Assembly (NCBI GenBank): GCA_024763475.1
Contig: JANTFM010000001.1
Coordinates: forward strand, 7,879 to 71,878
Length of the DNA: 64,000 nt
DNA from: Acidobacteriota bacterium
GTDB taxonomy: Bacteria > Acidobacteriota > Polarisedimenticolia > J045
Reading direction: 5' to 3'
In this document: piece after piece, positions 47,379 through 57,127 of the stretch
Layout: each line of letters opens with the position of its first letter
How positions within the stretch are numbered: the first letter of the stretch is position 1
Made by a program: the position numbers and the translations under genes
Notes under the pieces: model-generated
The model's input: only the letters and a program-made list of their open reading frames with translations
Databases searched by the model: none
Told to the model about the DNA's origin: nothing

Positions 47379-48411
47379 AGGTCCTGACCTTGCCTCGCTT
47401 CAGAAACGACGAGAGGAAGCCAACCCCAAGCCCGGCGTGAATCGTGGGGAAAATCGCCAGGTAGCGCAGGAGATGCGCGAAGGATGTGCCCCGTGCCAAC
47501 GCGAAGGAGGCGATGACAACGAGCAGGGCGTAAAAGGAGACGCATCCCGCTGCGAAGAGGAACAGCGGCCAGGACAGGAACGGCAGGAAAGGCAGCGCGA
47601 CGAGCCCCAGGACGAAGAGCGGAGGGATCAGCTGCCCAACGCTGATCTCCGAGGGGTGCTGACGCAGGTACTTGTAACGGCCGTAGCCGTAGCGGTGCAT
47701 TTGCCTGAAGAGGCCGCGCAAGCTGTCCCGCGCGTAGTAGAGCACGGTCAGCGAGGGGCTGGTGAAGCAGGTCATTCCGGCTTCGTCGACGCGCGTGTTG
47801 AACTCGAGATCTTCACCGGCGTCGAACTCCTCGTTGACGTAACCAATCTCCTCGAAGACCTCTTTGCGGTACGCCGCCCCCATGCTTGCCGCGGGAGCGA
47901 AACCCTCGAAGTCGCTGTGAATGAACGAGCTCGGCGAATGACCCAGGCGAGAAGCGCGGGCGTTGGAGATCGCCTCGGACATCGATCCGGGATGCGTGGC
48001 AAGCAGCGGCTGTGGCCGGCCGAGGCAGGCCGCCTTCGACACGAAGAAGCAGCGCGCGATACTCGCGAGAAGCTGATCATCCGGCAGGCGAACATGTCCG
48101 TCGATGACAACGGATACCTCTCCCCGGGCCGCCTTGAAGCCCACGTTGCGTCCGACGGAAGATCGGCGCCCCGGGTTGTCGATCAGGCGTACGCGCGGAT
48201 CTTCCTCCGAGAGGCGTCGGACGATCTCACGCGTGGAATCATCACTCATCCCGTCACAGACCAGGATCTCGAGGAGACTCCCGGGGTAGTCCTGGTCGAG
48301 GATCTGGCGAATCGTCCCCTCGAGGAAGCGCTCCTCGTTGCGTACGGGCATCACGACCGTGATGAACGGCTGCGCGTCAAGTGGTGGCCAGCGATCCTCT
48401 CGAGCGGTCAT
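47350..48411 (-). CDS. Glycosyltransferase family 2, ExoA-like
   Basis: VVMPVRNE, DGMSDDST, IDGH, GEDLEFN, YGYGR, C-terminal TM helices. Confidence 0.88.
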   Translation of the reverse strand: MTAREDRWPPLDAQPFITVVMPVRNEERFLEGTIRQILDQDYPGSLLEILVCDGMSDDSTREIVRRLSEEDPRVRLIDNPGRRSSVGRNVGFKAARGEVSVVIDGHVRLPDDQLLASIARCFFVSKAACLGRPQPLLATHPGSMSEAISNARASRLGHSPSSFIHSDFEGFAPAASMGAAYRKEVFEEIGYVNEEFDAGEDLEFNTRVDEAGMTCFTSPSLTVLYYARDSLRGLFRQMHRYGYGRYKYLRQHPSEISVGQLIPPLFVLGLVALPFLPFLSWPLFLFAAGCVSFYALLVVIASFALARGTSFAHLLRYLAIFPTIHAGLGVGFLSSFLKRGKVRTYGPGAVHAK

Positions 48412-49529
48412 CGTGGCCCGGCTCCGTCATAAAGAGACATCAGCCGGTCGGCCTGGGCCTCGAAGGTGAACTCACCTTCGACATGTTGCCGGGCGGCGTC
48501 GGCCATGGCGTGGACCGCTGCAGGATCCCCGAGGGCACGCTCGATGGCTCCTGCGAGAGCCGCCGCATCACCGGAGGGCACCAGCAGCCCGGTGCGCGAG
48601 TCTTCGATCAGCTCCGGAACGCCGCCGACCGCCGTCGCGATGACCGGCGTCTCGGCCACGAAGGCTTCGAGCACGACGTTGGGGAGGCCTTCGGTATACG
48701 AGGGATTCACGACGAGGGTACTCGCCGCGAGGCAGCCGAGAACGTCTCGCCGAAAGCCCGCCAGGTGAATGCGCTCGCGCCCTGCCTGGTGTGCGGCCTG
48801 GTGCTCAAGAGCCGCGGCGAGTGGTCCGTCGCCGAGAATGAGTAGGTGGAGATCCCCGTGTTTCGACGCGAGCCTGCCGAAGGCGTCGATCAGGATCGCG
48901 TGGCCCTTCTCCGGGCTGAGCCTTCCCGCAGCCACGAGAATTCTGGCGTCAGCCGGGATAGCGAAAGCCTCGTGGAGATCAACGGCGGAGAGTTCCTTCG
49001 TCACATGGACGGCGTTATGTACGGTGTGTGCACGGCGCGCATCGATCCCGCGATCGATCAGGAATTGGCGTGTCCCCTCCGAGACGCAGATCACGCCTGG
49101 CACGCGGCGCAGCACCGCAAGATCAAGACGCTCGTAGAGCTTGACCTTCCAGTCCTCGCCGGTGAAGCCCCGCATGTGCACGAAGTGTGGAATCGTCCGT
49201 CCCCATCCCGCAAGGAGGCCGACCAGGTCTGACTTGTATCCGTGGGTGACGAGAACATCGATGCTGCGGGTCGCGAGCTCGGAGCGAAGCAGGGAGATGG
49301 CCCCGGGACTGAAGGAGGAACGGGTTTCGATCTGGAAGGTCTCGAGTCCCGCGTCCCTCGCACGGGTGTCGAGTTCCACCGCGCTGCGTCCCTCGCGAAA
49401 GGTCGCGACGACACCGGCCCAGCGGCTCGTGTCGAGGCAGCGGCAGTGCTCGAGGATCTGTTTTTCCGGGCCGCCGAAGAAGTTCGTGGCCCGAAGGTGG
49501 CAGACCTTACGCGGACCTGCCGAATTCAC
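48408..49529 (-). CDS. Glycosyltransferase family 4
   Basis: GTG 49529 overlapping the upstream stop; GGPEKQ, GRLSPEKG, EGLPNVVLEA. Confidence 0.9.
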   Translation of the reverse strand: MNSAGPRKVCHLRATNFFGGPEKQILEHCRCLDTSRWAGVVATFREGRSAVELDTRARDAGLETFQIETRSSFSPGAISLLRSELATRSIDVLVTHGYKSDLVGLLAGWGRTIPHFVHMRGFTGEDWKVKLYERLDLAVLRRVPGVICVSEGTRQFLIDRGIDARRAHTVHNAVHVTKELSAVDLHEAFAIPADARILVAAGRLSPEKGHAILIDAFGRLASKHGDLHLLILGDGPLAAALEHQAAHQAGRERIHLAGFRRDVLGCLAASTLVVNPSYTEGLPNVVLEAFVAETPVIATAVGGVPELIEDSRTGLLVPSGDAAALAGAIERALGDPAAVHAMADAARQHVEGEFTFEAQADRLMSLYDGAGPR

Positions 49530-50116
49530 GCGGGCGTCTCCTGGCCACGGTCCTTGATCTTCTTTGCGGGGTTTCCCGCCGCGATGGCCATCTCGCCAAT
49601 GGGCTTGACGACAACGGAGCCAGCGCCGATGACCGAGGCTCGCCCGACGTCCGCCATGATGACACTGCCTTCTCCGATCCAGGACTGCGCGCCGATCGAG
49701 ACGCACTCGAAGACGCCTTCTTGCTGGTTGATGGCCTCGTCGGTACCGGTTCCGTGCTGCCGGCGGCCCGAGAGGATGCTCACCCGCGAAGCGAGAAGCG
49801 TGTCGTCGCCTAGAATGCAGGTGCCAAGAATGCAGTAGAGCCCGACCCAAACCCGCGCGCCGATCCGCGCCGTCGGCTGCGTGATTACCGAGCCGAAGTG
49901 CATATCGAAGTCCCAGGGGCACTCGGGGAGGACGAGGCAGTAGAAGGCCCGCCGGATGTAGCGCCCGAAGTATCCCGGAATCAACGCCATACATTGTGCA
50001 GCGGTCCCGTAGGGAATCTCCGTGCCGAGAGCCAGGCCGAGGCGGGCGTAGATCACCAGTGGGGCCGCGAGGATGGCTGCGAGACCGTTGAGCAAGCCCT
50101 TGATCAGCGTCTTCAT
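49526..50116 (-). CDS. Hexapeptide-repeat sugar acetyltransferase
   Basis: IGAQSWIGEGSVI...IGAGSVV...AGNPAK. Confidence 0.88.
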   Translation of the reverse strand: MKTLIKGLLNGLAAILAAPLVIYARLGLALGTEIPYGTAAQCMALIPGYFGRYIRRAFYCLVLPECPWDFDMHFGSVITQPTARIGARVWVGLYCILGTCILGDDTLLASRVSILSGRRQHGTGTDEAINQQEGVFECVSIGAQSWIGEGSVIMADVGRASVIGAGSVVVKPIGEMAIAAGNPAKKIKDRGQETPA

Positions 50117-51294
50117 GACCAGTTCAACTCCGGGCCAACACGGGTCTGTTGAGTGAAGTATTCGTACCAGGTTTCGAGTACGGCAGCCATCGAGAAACGC
50201 TGTTCGACCTGCTCTCGAGCCATCCGGCCCATGCGGGTCCGGCTGAGCTCACTGGCGCAGAGCGAGCGCATGGCTTCGGCCAGAGCCTCGGGGTCGTCCG
50301 CTGCGACGAGATGCCCGTTCGCTCCCTCCGTCACAAGTTCCCCATTGCCTCCGACATCGGTGGCTATCGAGGGAAGGCCACTGGCCAGGTACTCGAGGAG
50401 CGAATTGCTCAGGCTCTCGGCCTTCGATGGCAGAACGCCGATGTCGAAGCTGCGCAGGAGCTCTGGGCCGTCCGTGCGGGAGCCGAGGAAGCTGATTTGT
50501 CCTTCTATCTCGAGCGCGCGCGCCTGGGCAACAAGGGCGTCGTGCTCGGACCCTCCGCCGACCAGAACGAGCCGGGCTTGCGGCAGGTCGCGGGTCATGA
50601 GGGCAAAAGCGTCGAGTAGCCCCGGGTGGCCCTTGATCGGCCGCAGGTTGGCAACACAGCCGATGAGCAGCTCGTTCCGTGAGAATCCCAGCTGTGTCCG
50701 CAGAGCCTGCTTCTCGCCTTCTCGGGGTGGCCGAAAAAGATCGGTGTCAATGGCGTTGGGAATGACCTTGATCCGGGAGGGATCGACCTTTTCCGCTCGA
50801 GCCGTATACTCGGCGACCGCGGAAGAATTCGCGACGAAAGCCCGCGTCATTCGATTGAGCCAGCGCAGCTTCCTGAGTTCCCAGGGTGTGTGCCAGTAGC
50901 CCAGGCCCAGGTTGCGGCGGCTGGAGATCACCGGCGTGCCAGTGGACCAAGCCGCGAGGGTCCCGGCGAAGTTGGCGTCCCGGAAGAAGGTCACGACAAG
51001 ATCGAGCATTTCGCGGCGAATCCAGTGCCGCATCCGCTGCAGGCCCCGCAGCCCTTCCGGGGAATAGAGCCGATGGAAACCGAGCAGCTCGCTGCGACAG
51101 CCGCAATCCAGGCTGCTGAGCGCGGGATTGTCCCAGAGACAGCAGAGGGCAGGGATGACACTCTTTCGGTCGAAATGACGCAACAGCAGAAGGAGTTGAT
51201 TCTCTGTCCCGCTGCCTGGCTGGAGGGTGTCGATGACGAAGCCGACCCGCACGGGACGTCCGGGATGCACGAGCTGATGTGGCGCGCTGCTCAT
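50113..51294 (-). CDS. Glycosyltransferase family 4
   Basis: VANLRPIKGH, ESLSNSLLEY, TDVGGNGE; ATGA overlap at 51294. Confidence 0.9.
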   Translation of the reverse strand: MSSAPHQLVHPGRPVRVGFVIDTLQPGSGTENQLLLLLRHFDRKSVIPALCCLWDNPALSSLDCGCRSELLGFHRLYSPEGLRGLQRMRHWIRREMLDLVVTFFRDANFAGTLAAWSTGTPVISSRRNLGLGYWHTPWELRKLRWLNRMTRAFVANSSAVAEYTARAEKVDPSRIKVIPNAIDTDLFRPPREGEKQALRTQLGFSRNELLIGCVANLRPIKGHPGLLDAFALMTRDLPQARLVLVGGGSEHDALVAQARALEIEGQISFLGSRTDGPELLRSFDIGVLPSKAESLSNSLLEYLASGLPSIATDVGGNGELVTEGANGHLVAADDPEALAEAMRSLCASELSRTRMGRMAREQVEQRFSMAAVLETWYEYFTQQTRVGPELNWS

Positions 51295-52538
51295 GAACTG
51301 GCTTCGTGCCACAGCGCGGCCTGCAGGCGCGCGATCTGCGGCCAGCTATAGCTGTCGTGGACGAGCTTGCGGCCGGCCTCACCGAGAAGGCGGCGCCGCT
51401 CCGCGTTTGCACGCAGTGCGAGGATCGCCTGGACGAAGTCATCCGCCTGGTCGGCGAGTAGCAGGTGCTCGCCGTCACGCACGTTGAGGCCTTCCGCACC
51501 CACGCGGGTCGAGACGACGGCCCGCCGCATGGAGAAGGCCTCGAGAATTTTCAGCCGGCTGCCGCCCCCGATGCGCAGGGGGACGACGAATACCGCGCCG
51601 CGGGCCATGAAAGGCCGTACGTCATCGACGGTTCCCGTCAACTCGATCTGGGGCTTGTCGCGGCAGCTCTCTTCGAGCCATGCCGGAGGATTGCGCCCTA
51701 CGACCAAGAGCTTGAAGTTGCCGTGCTGTTCGAGGCGGGGCAGGATCTCCTCCAGGAAGAAGACGACGGCATCCTGGTTCGGGCGCCAGTCCATCGAGCC
51801 GGTAAAGACCAGCGTATGGGGCTCCTCCGGTGTCCTATCTTGTCCGCCGGGATCCTGGAAGAAGTCGATATCGACGCCGTTGGGAACCACCTCGATCCGT
51901 CGGCAACCGAAGCCCCTCAAGGTCGTCGCATCCTCTTCGCTGACTGCGGTGGACCAGCGGGCACGGGCGAAGGTCTGCTTCTCGAAGCGGAGCATGCGCC
52001 GCGCCTGCATGGCGATGAAGGCACGCTTTGGCGCGAAGCTCTCTTGTTCGGCCATTCGGGTCCAGATCTGGGATTCCACGTTGTGCGCGGAGACGATCCA
52101 TGGCATGGAGACTCCGCGAAGGTAGTGGGCGTAGGGGGACCACTCCACATGAGCGAGATCGTAGGGGCGTTCCGCGACGAGTTCCCCGAGGCGGGTTCGG
52201 TACCCTGCACGGTAGTGGCTGTCTACGGAATAGGGGAGACTCGAGAAGAGGTTCATCGCGACCCTCAGGGGAAAGCCGAGGCCCGACTTGTCGGGCACCG
52301 AGCTCTCGGCGACGAGGACGCGAATCCCTCGTTTCTCGATCTCGGCGATGCCCCTGGATGTTGCGCCGTTCGAGTGAACCAGGAGGTCGATCTCGAACTC
52401 TTCGCTCAGGTTGGCCAGGAGGTTCAGCGTGCGGATTCGCTTGCCCGTGTTGACCGGAAACGGAATCTCCTCGTCGAGGACGAGGACACGTTTCCTCGGC
52501 CGACTTGCTTTGCCATCCATGGCCACTGTGCTTCCCAT
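51291..52538 (-). CDS. Glycosyltransferase family 4
   Basis: HNVES, FTGSMDWRPN, PLRIGGGSRLKILEA. Confidence 0.9.
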   Translation of the reverse strand: MGSTVAMDGKASRPRKRVLVLDEEIPFPVNTGKRIRTLNLLANLSEEFEIDLLVHSNGATSRGIAEIEKRGIRVLVAESSVPDKSGLGFPLRVAMNLFSSLPYSVDSHYRAGYRTRLGELVAERPYDLAHVEWSPYAHYLRGVSMPWIVSAHNVESQIWTRMAEQESFAPKRAFIAMQARRMLRFEKQTFARARWSTAVSEEDATTLRGFGCRRIEVVPNGVDIDFFQDPGGQDRTPEEPHTLVFTGSMDWRPNQDAVVFFLEEILPRLEQHGNFKLLVVGRNPPAWLEESCRDKPQIELTGTVDDVRPFMARGAVFVVPLRIGGGSRLKILEAFSMRRAVVSTRVGAEGLNVRDGEHLLLADQADDFVQAILALRANAERRRLLGEAGRKLVHDSYSWPQIARLQAALWHEASS

Positions 52539-52561
52539 TCAGGACTCCGGGCGAGAGCGGA

Positions 52562-53398
52562 TCACTGCTTCTTGCGGTAATAGTCGTAGTAGTAGCTGCC
52601 CTCGTGATGCCCCTTGTCCAGGAAGTTCTTCGAGGCGCCGTTGAGCACGGTTCCGAGGATCGGAGCCGACTGCATCGACTCGAGGGCTCGGATATACAGG
52701 TGCTTCGGCGTCTTGCGCGAACGAAGCACCAGGATCGATCCATCCACCAGCGATCCGAGGGCGTCAGCGTCCGGGAAGGGAACGATCGGAGGCGTATCGA
52801 TCAACACGCGAGAATAGCTTTGCTTGATGACCGAGAGGAGCTGTGAGAAGCGTGAGGATGTGAGCGTCCTCACCGGGTCTGAAATTCCGTGGGTTGTCGG
52901 CAGAATGTGCAGGCTCGAGCCGGCCACCCTGTGCAATGCCGACGTGAGCGGATACTCGCCGTCCAGCACGCCCAAGAGGCCGCGCTTGGGGTAAGGGCGC
53001 ATCCACTGCCTCAGGGAAGGTCGTCTCAGATCGCAGTCGATCAGAATCGTCGGCGCTTCGGCATTTGTCGCGAACGCCAGCGCGAGATTCATCGAGACCG
53101 TGGATTTTCCGTCTCCCGGGATGGGACTGGTCACGATGAGCGTCTTGAAGGATGCCAGTTGCCCATGCGAGAGTTTGGTCTTGAGCCGAAGAAAGTTCTC
53201 GACGACCGGATCGTCAGCGCCATCGAGCAGAACGAGCTCGCCGGCATGCTCCAGCTTGACCGAATTCTCTGTATGCGCCGAATTTTCTGTGTGCGCCGAA
53301 TTCTCTGTGTTCGCCGACTCGTTGCTGAGCGCGGTTCTCGAAGAGGCACTCGTCGGCTTCTGATTCCTGGTCGAGGTCTTTCCATGGGAGCGGCTCAT
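52562..53398 (-). CDS. CpsD/CapB-family tyrosine autokinase
   Basis: PGDGKST, IDCDLRRP, IDTPP, C-terminal YYYDYY cluster. Confidence 0.92.
   Translation of the reverse strand: MSRSHGKTSTRNQKPTSASSRTALSNESANTENSAHTENSAHTENSVKLEHAGELVLLDGADDPVVENFLRLKTKLSHGQLASFKTLIVTSPIPGDGKSTVSMNLALAFATNAEAPTILIDCDLRRPSLRQWMRPYPKRGLLGVLDGEYPLTSALHRVAGSSLHILPTTHGISDPVRTLTSSRFSQLLSVIKQSYSRVLIDTPPIVPFPDADALGSLVDGSILVLRSRKTPKHLYIRALESMQSAPILGTVLNGASKNFLDKGHHEGSYYYDYYRKKQ
53260..53313. repeat. 18-bp x3 in-frame repeat (TENSAH) in the kinase N-terminus
   Basis: CCGAATTCTCTGTATGCG / CCGAATTTTCTGTGTGCG / CCGAATTCTCTGTGTTCG. Confidence 0.85.
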
Positions 53399-54915
53399 CC
53401 GAGAATCCCCCCGTAGATGATGAGCACAGCCGCCAGGGCGGCCCCCGCGATGAGCGATGCGGCGAGGTTGGCCAAGGTCTTTGTTCGGCGTTCCTTGCGT
53501 GCGGCCGGTGTTCCGAGAAGGTCGATGTTGGCCAGGACCGTGACCTCGGAGAGGGCCTCGACGCCCACGGCGGAATGGATTCGCGGCGAGAAGAGACTGC
53601 GCAGCAGGAGAGGAGCAACGAAGAGGAGGAGTCCCGCGAGGGCAGACCCGCCATAGATCATGTTCTTCTGGGGGCTGATCGGGTTCTTCGCCGGGACCGC
53701 CTTTTCCACGACATCGAACTGGGATCCCTTGCGGGATTCCTCGACGCGCAACGAACCCTTCGCTTCCTGGTAGTTCCCTTCGAGCTTGTCGTAGCGCTGC
53801 TGGAGGACCTCGTAGCCCTTGGTCAACTCCGCGAGCTGCTGCTGAACCCTTGGAGAGGCTTCAACGCGGGACCGGTACAGGTCGACGTCCGCCCGCCACT
53901 TGCGCTCGAGATTCTCGAGCCGTGCGATCTCCTGCTCAACACTCTCGATCTCGACGTCAATCTCGCTGGATTGATTCGTCCTCTCTGGCGTGCTCCCAAC
54001 GCTTCGAGAGGCGATCTGCTCCTTGAGATCGATGATCTGGTGTGTGAGCGCCTTGACCGCGGGGTGCTCTGTCGTGTAGCGCAACTGCGTTGCGTGGAGT
54101 TCGTCCTCCAGCGTATGGAGGCGCTGGACGAGCGGATCCTCGATGATCGTTGGTGTGCCCTGGTCGAGCTCGGTGGCCCCGCGAGCCTTTTCCTCGCGAA
54201 GGATGCGGAGCCGGTCGCGGGCTTGCCCGAGTCTCTGCTCGTTCGCCTCGAGATCCGCCTGCCTGCCGGAGAGCAGCCTGAGATTTGCGTCGGAGTTTTC
54301 TGCAAGCTCATAGAGATGGGCGGAACGGAACTCTGCGATCCGCCTCTCTTTCGTCTCGAGCTGATCTCGCATTTCTCCGGCCAGACTTTCCAGGGTTCCG
54401 GCCGTGGACTCGGCCTGCCGCGTGCGGAGCTTGAAGTTCTCCGAGATGTAGATTTCGGCCAGGCTGTTGACGACATCGGCCGCTCGCTGAGGATCCGTAT
54501 CGCGATAGGTTAGAACGAAGAGTCCTGCTCCGCGCCGTGAGTCGAACTCAGCCAGGCGGACCGTGACCCGTTGTTGCAGTCGGGAAACCACCTTGCTGTG
54601 TTCCGCCGTGCCCCTGGGGAGCTGGAACACTTGCTCCACGAGCTGCGTGAGGTATTCGCGGCTGAGAACGGCCTCCTCGAGGGATCGAAGGCGTACGGAC
54701 ATGTCTTCGGTCACGGTGCTGCGCACGAAGTCCTTGGGGATCTGGCCAGGCGAGACAAAGATCTTCGTCTCGGATTCGTAGAGCTTGTCCGCGAACTCGT
54801 AGATCACGATACCGCAGGCAAGACCCAGGCAGAGGCCCGCGACGAGGGTCCACCACCAACGCAACGGGATGTGCAGGGCCTCGACGATCTGGATCATCTG
54901 TGGGTTGTTGTTCAA
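53395..54915 (-). CDS. Polysaccharide co-polymerase (Wzz/GumC-like membrane half of Wzc)
   Basis: Two flanking TM segments, coiled coil, RYTTEHPAV, FDVVEKAVPAKNPISP. Confidence 0.88.
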   Translation of the reverse strand: MNNNPQMIQIVEALHIPLRWWWTLVAGLCLGLACGIVIYEFADKLYESETKIFVSPGQIPKDFVRSTVTEDMSVRLRSLEEAVLSREYLTQLVEQVFQLPRGTAEHSKVVSRLQQRVTVRLAEFDSRRGAGLFVLTYRDTDPQRAADVVNSLAEIYISENFKLRTRQAESTAGTLESLAGEMRDQLETKERRIAEFRSAHLYELAENSDANLRLLSGRQADLEANEQRLGQARDRLRILREEKARGATELDQGTPTIIEDPLVQRLHTLEDELHATQLRYTTEHPAVKALTHQIIDLKEQIASRSVGSTPERTNQSSEIDVEIESVEQEIARLENLERKWRADVDLYRSRVEASPRVQQQLAELTKGYEVLQQRYDKLEGNYQEAKGSLRVEESRKGSQFDVVEKAVPAKNPISPQKNMIYGGSALAGLLLFVAPLLLRSLFSPRIHSAVGVEALSEVTVLANIDLLGTPAARKERRTKTLANLAASLIAGAALAAVLIIYGGILG

Positions 54916-54939
54916 GGTGTTCGTCTCCCTCGACCAGAC

Positions 54940-55509
54940 TCAGTTCACCAGGACCACATCGCCCGGTTCGAGATAGATGTTCTTCGCGCCCGTGCGGGCG
55001 TTGAATATCTTCTTGAGATCAACGCGGAAGCGCTCCTCGTTCGACCCTTTCTTACGGATCACGGTCACATCCTCGGAGGAAAACTCCGTCAGTCCTCCCG
55101 CCGCAGCGAGAACCTGCAGGAGTCCTGGAGCCTCGGAGAAGGTGAAGACTCCCTGGTTGGTGACCCGGCCCAGGACATAGATCTTGAAGGAGTTGATCTC
55201 CTCGACCATGACGGTGACATCTGGGTCGCGCATGTAGGTCGAAAGAAGCGTGGAGATGTGCGAACTGAGCTCCCCGGGCGTACGCCCAGCCGCTTCGACA
55301 TCCTTGACCAGAGGAAGGCTGATGAAGCCATCGGGACGGACACGGAGCGTCAGGTCTAATCCATTCTCACCCCAGACAACGAGATGGAGGACATCGTCGA
55401 TGCCGATGTGGTAAGGGGTGGGCTTCGACTCTGCGCCGTGTGCGGCATCCTGGGCCATGGGCAGTCCCAGCATGGTGCCGAGGATCGCGAGCGCGATGAA
55501 CACTCTCAT
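54940..55509 (-). CDS. wza: Polysaccharide export protein (Wza/poly_export) (alternative start 55554)
   Basis: YHIGIDDVL...VRPDGFISLPLV, LEPGDVV; GGAGGGAG RBS before 55509. Confidence 0.88.
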   Translation of the reverse strand: MRVFIALAILGTMLGLPMAQDAAHGAESKPTPYHIGIDDVLHLVVWGENGLDLTLRVRPDGFISLPLVKDVEAAGRTPGELSSHISTLLSTYMRDPDVTVMVEEINSFKIYVLGRVTNQGVFTFSEAPGLLQVLAAAGGLTEFSSEDVTVIRKKGSNEERFRVDLKKIFNARTGAKNIYLEPGDVVLVN

Positions 55510-55823
55510 GAAATACAGTCTCCCTCCGGGAGGACGGGGGTCCGTCCGGTTCATTCCTCGAATCCCTCGGGAAACATCAGTTCCCGGCGGGGTGAATTCA
55601 ACTCGCAGCGAGCGAAAGGCTCTCTCTTCTCATGCATGAAGGAGCTTTTTCGGGAATACTCACTGCCGATCTCGGGCCACACGGTCGCCGAGGGGCTTGC
55701 GAAGGCGGGGTTTGCTTCGGCAAGTATCATAATAACAATGTGTTACGAATCAAGCCAAACAATCGGTTGGCGTGAAGGCTGGGGCGCGACCATGTTGTCC
55801 CTGTAAATAAGGAGGTTACATAG

Positions 55824-56081
55824 ATGTCGGAAGAAGCGAAGATCAGGGAGTTCCTCACAGATAGCTACCTCATCTCCGAAGAAGACAAGCTGCAGGATGG
55901 TGACTCGTTCATCGAGAAGGCGGTCCTCGACTCCACTGGCGTGCTCGAACTCGTCGCGTTTCTCGAGGAGTCCTTCTCGGTCAGCGTTGATGATACGGAA
56001 CTGACGCCCGAGAATCTCGATTCGATCAGCCTCGTCGCGGGTTTCGTGCGGCGCAAGATGGCCTCCGCGCCGGCCAGCTAA
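55824..56081 (+). CDS. Acyl/aminoacyl carrier protein
   Basis: 85 aa, acidic, LDSTGVLELV phosphopantetheine site, ENLDSI; AGGAGG RBS. Confidence 0.9.
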   Translation: MSEEAKIREFLTDSYLISEEDKLQDGDSFIEKAVLDSTGVLELVAFLEESFSVSVDDTELTPENLDSISLVAGFVRRKMASAPAS

Positions 56082-56101
56082 GCACCGGCAGCGGGACCGT
56101 C

Positions 56102-57043
56102 ATGGACTCCAGTCCCATCAATGCCTTCACGGTGGACGTGGAAGACTACTTCCAGGTCTCCGCGTTCGAGGAGCTCTTCCCGCGTACCCGCTGGGATGAG
56201 ATCCCTCTGCGCGTTGAGCTCGGTCTCGATCGGGTGCTGGAACTCCTCGAGGACGCCGGGGTCCATGGGACCTTCTACATCCTCGGATGGCTTGCCCGCC
56301 GCCGCCCTGATCTCGTACGAAAGATCAGAGAGGGAGGTCACGAACTCGGGTGCCATAGCTTGGAGCATCGCCTGGTCTACAGCATGGATCGGGGGGCCTT
56401 TCGAGCAGACCTGCGGGAGGCCCTGGACTCCCTTGAGCAGGCGGCCGGAGTGCGCGTGATCCACTACCGGGCTCCCAGCTTCTCGATCACCGCCAAGAGC
56501 CTTTGGGCGCTGGAGATCCTGGCCGAGGAAGGCATTCGGGTCGACAGCAGCATTTACCCGGTCTATCACGATCGCTACGGCATTGCGGGGGCGCCCCGTG
56601 GACCCTTCCGGCCGCTGGCCGGATTTCCGGAGTTCGTGGAAGTTCCCCCCTCGACCGTCAAGGTCTTTTCCGCCGTGTTGCCTTGCGCTGGCGGAGGTTA
56701 CCTGCGTCTGTATCCCCTCAGCCTGACACGGGCCGCGATTCGCCGGATCCAGCGCCAGGATGGACGGGGGGCCGTGGTCTACGTCCATCCTTGGGAGTTC
56801 GATCCCGGGCAGCCCGTCGTCCCCTCCTCGAGGATGAAGACCTTTCGCCACAGGGTCGGACTTTCGCGCAACCAGGCGAGGGCGCGTTCGCTGCTCAAGA
56901 CCTTCCGCTTCGGCACGATGAGTCACTTCGTTCAGGCGCGGGGCGGCGCGAAGGCTCTTCCCTTGGTTGAACTGGGCCCTGGCGAGGTACCGAAGGATCG
57001 GAACGAGTCTGAGCGAAGCGGGGTCCCTTCGGATCGGACATGA
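56102..57043 (+). CDS. Polysaccharide deacetylase (XrtA/PEP-CTERM-locus type, DUF3473)
   Basis: TVDVEDYFQV, GHELGCH, YRAPSFSI, GGGYLRL, YVHPWEFDP. Confidence 0.9.
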   Translation: MDSSPINAFTVDVEDYFQVSAFEELFPRTRWDEIPLRVELGLDRVLELLEDAGVHGTFYILGWLARRRPDLVRKIREGGHELGCHSLEHRLVYSMDRGAFRADLREALDSLEQAAGVRVIHYRAPSFSITAKSLWALEILAEEGIRVDSSIYPVYHDRYGIAGAPRGPFRPLAGFPEFVEVPPSTVKVFSAVLPCAGGGYLRLYPLSLTRAAIRRIQRQDGRGAVVYVHPWEFDPGQPVVPSSRMKTFRHRVGLSRNQARARSLLKTFRFGTMSHFVQARGGAKALPLVELGPGEVPKDRNESERSGVPSDRT

Positions 57044-57127
57044 CCTGGCGTGACGGAAGTCACGCGAATGTTCGCAAGGCGGGCGACGCGGCCCTGGGCG
57101 AGGGGTCTGTCGCGTCAGGGAAGCCCC

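Noticed and set aside
55664..55679. Sigma54 promoter for wza (TGGCCCGAGATCGGCA, minus strand)
   Set aside because: GG-N10-GC spacing fits, but the TT before GC is missing; too weak in GC-rich DNA.
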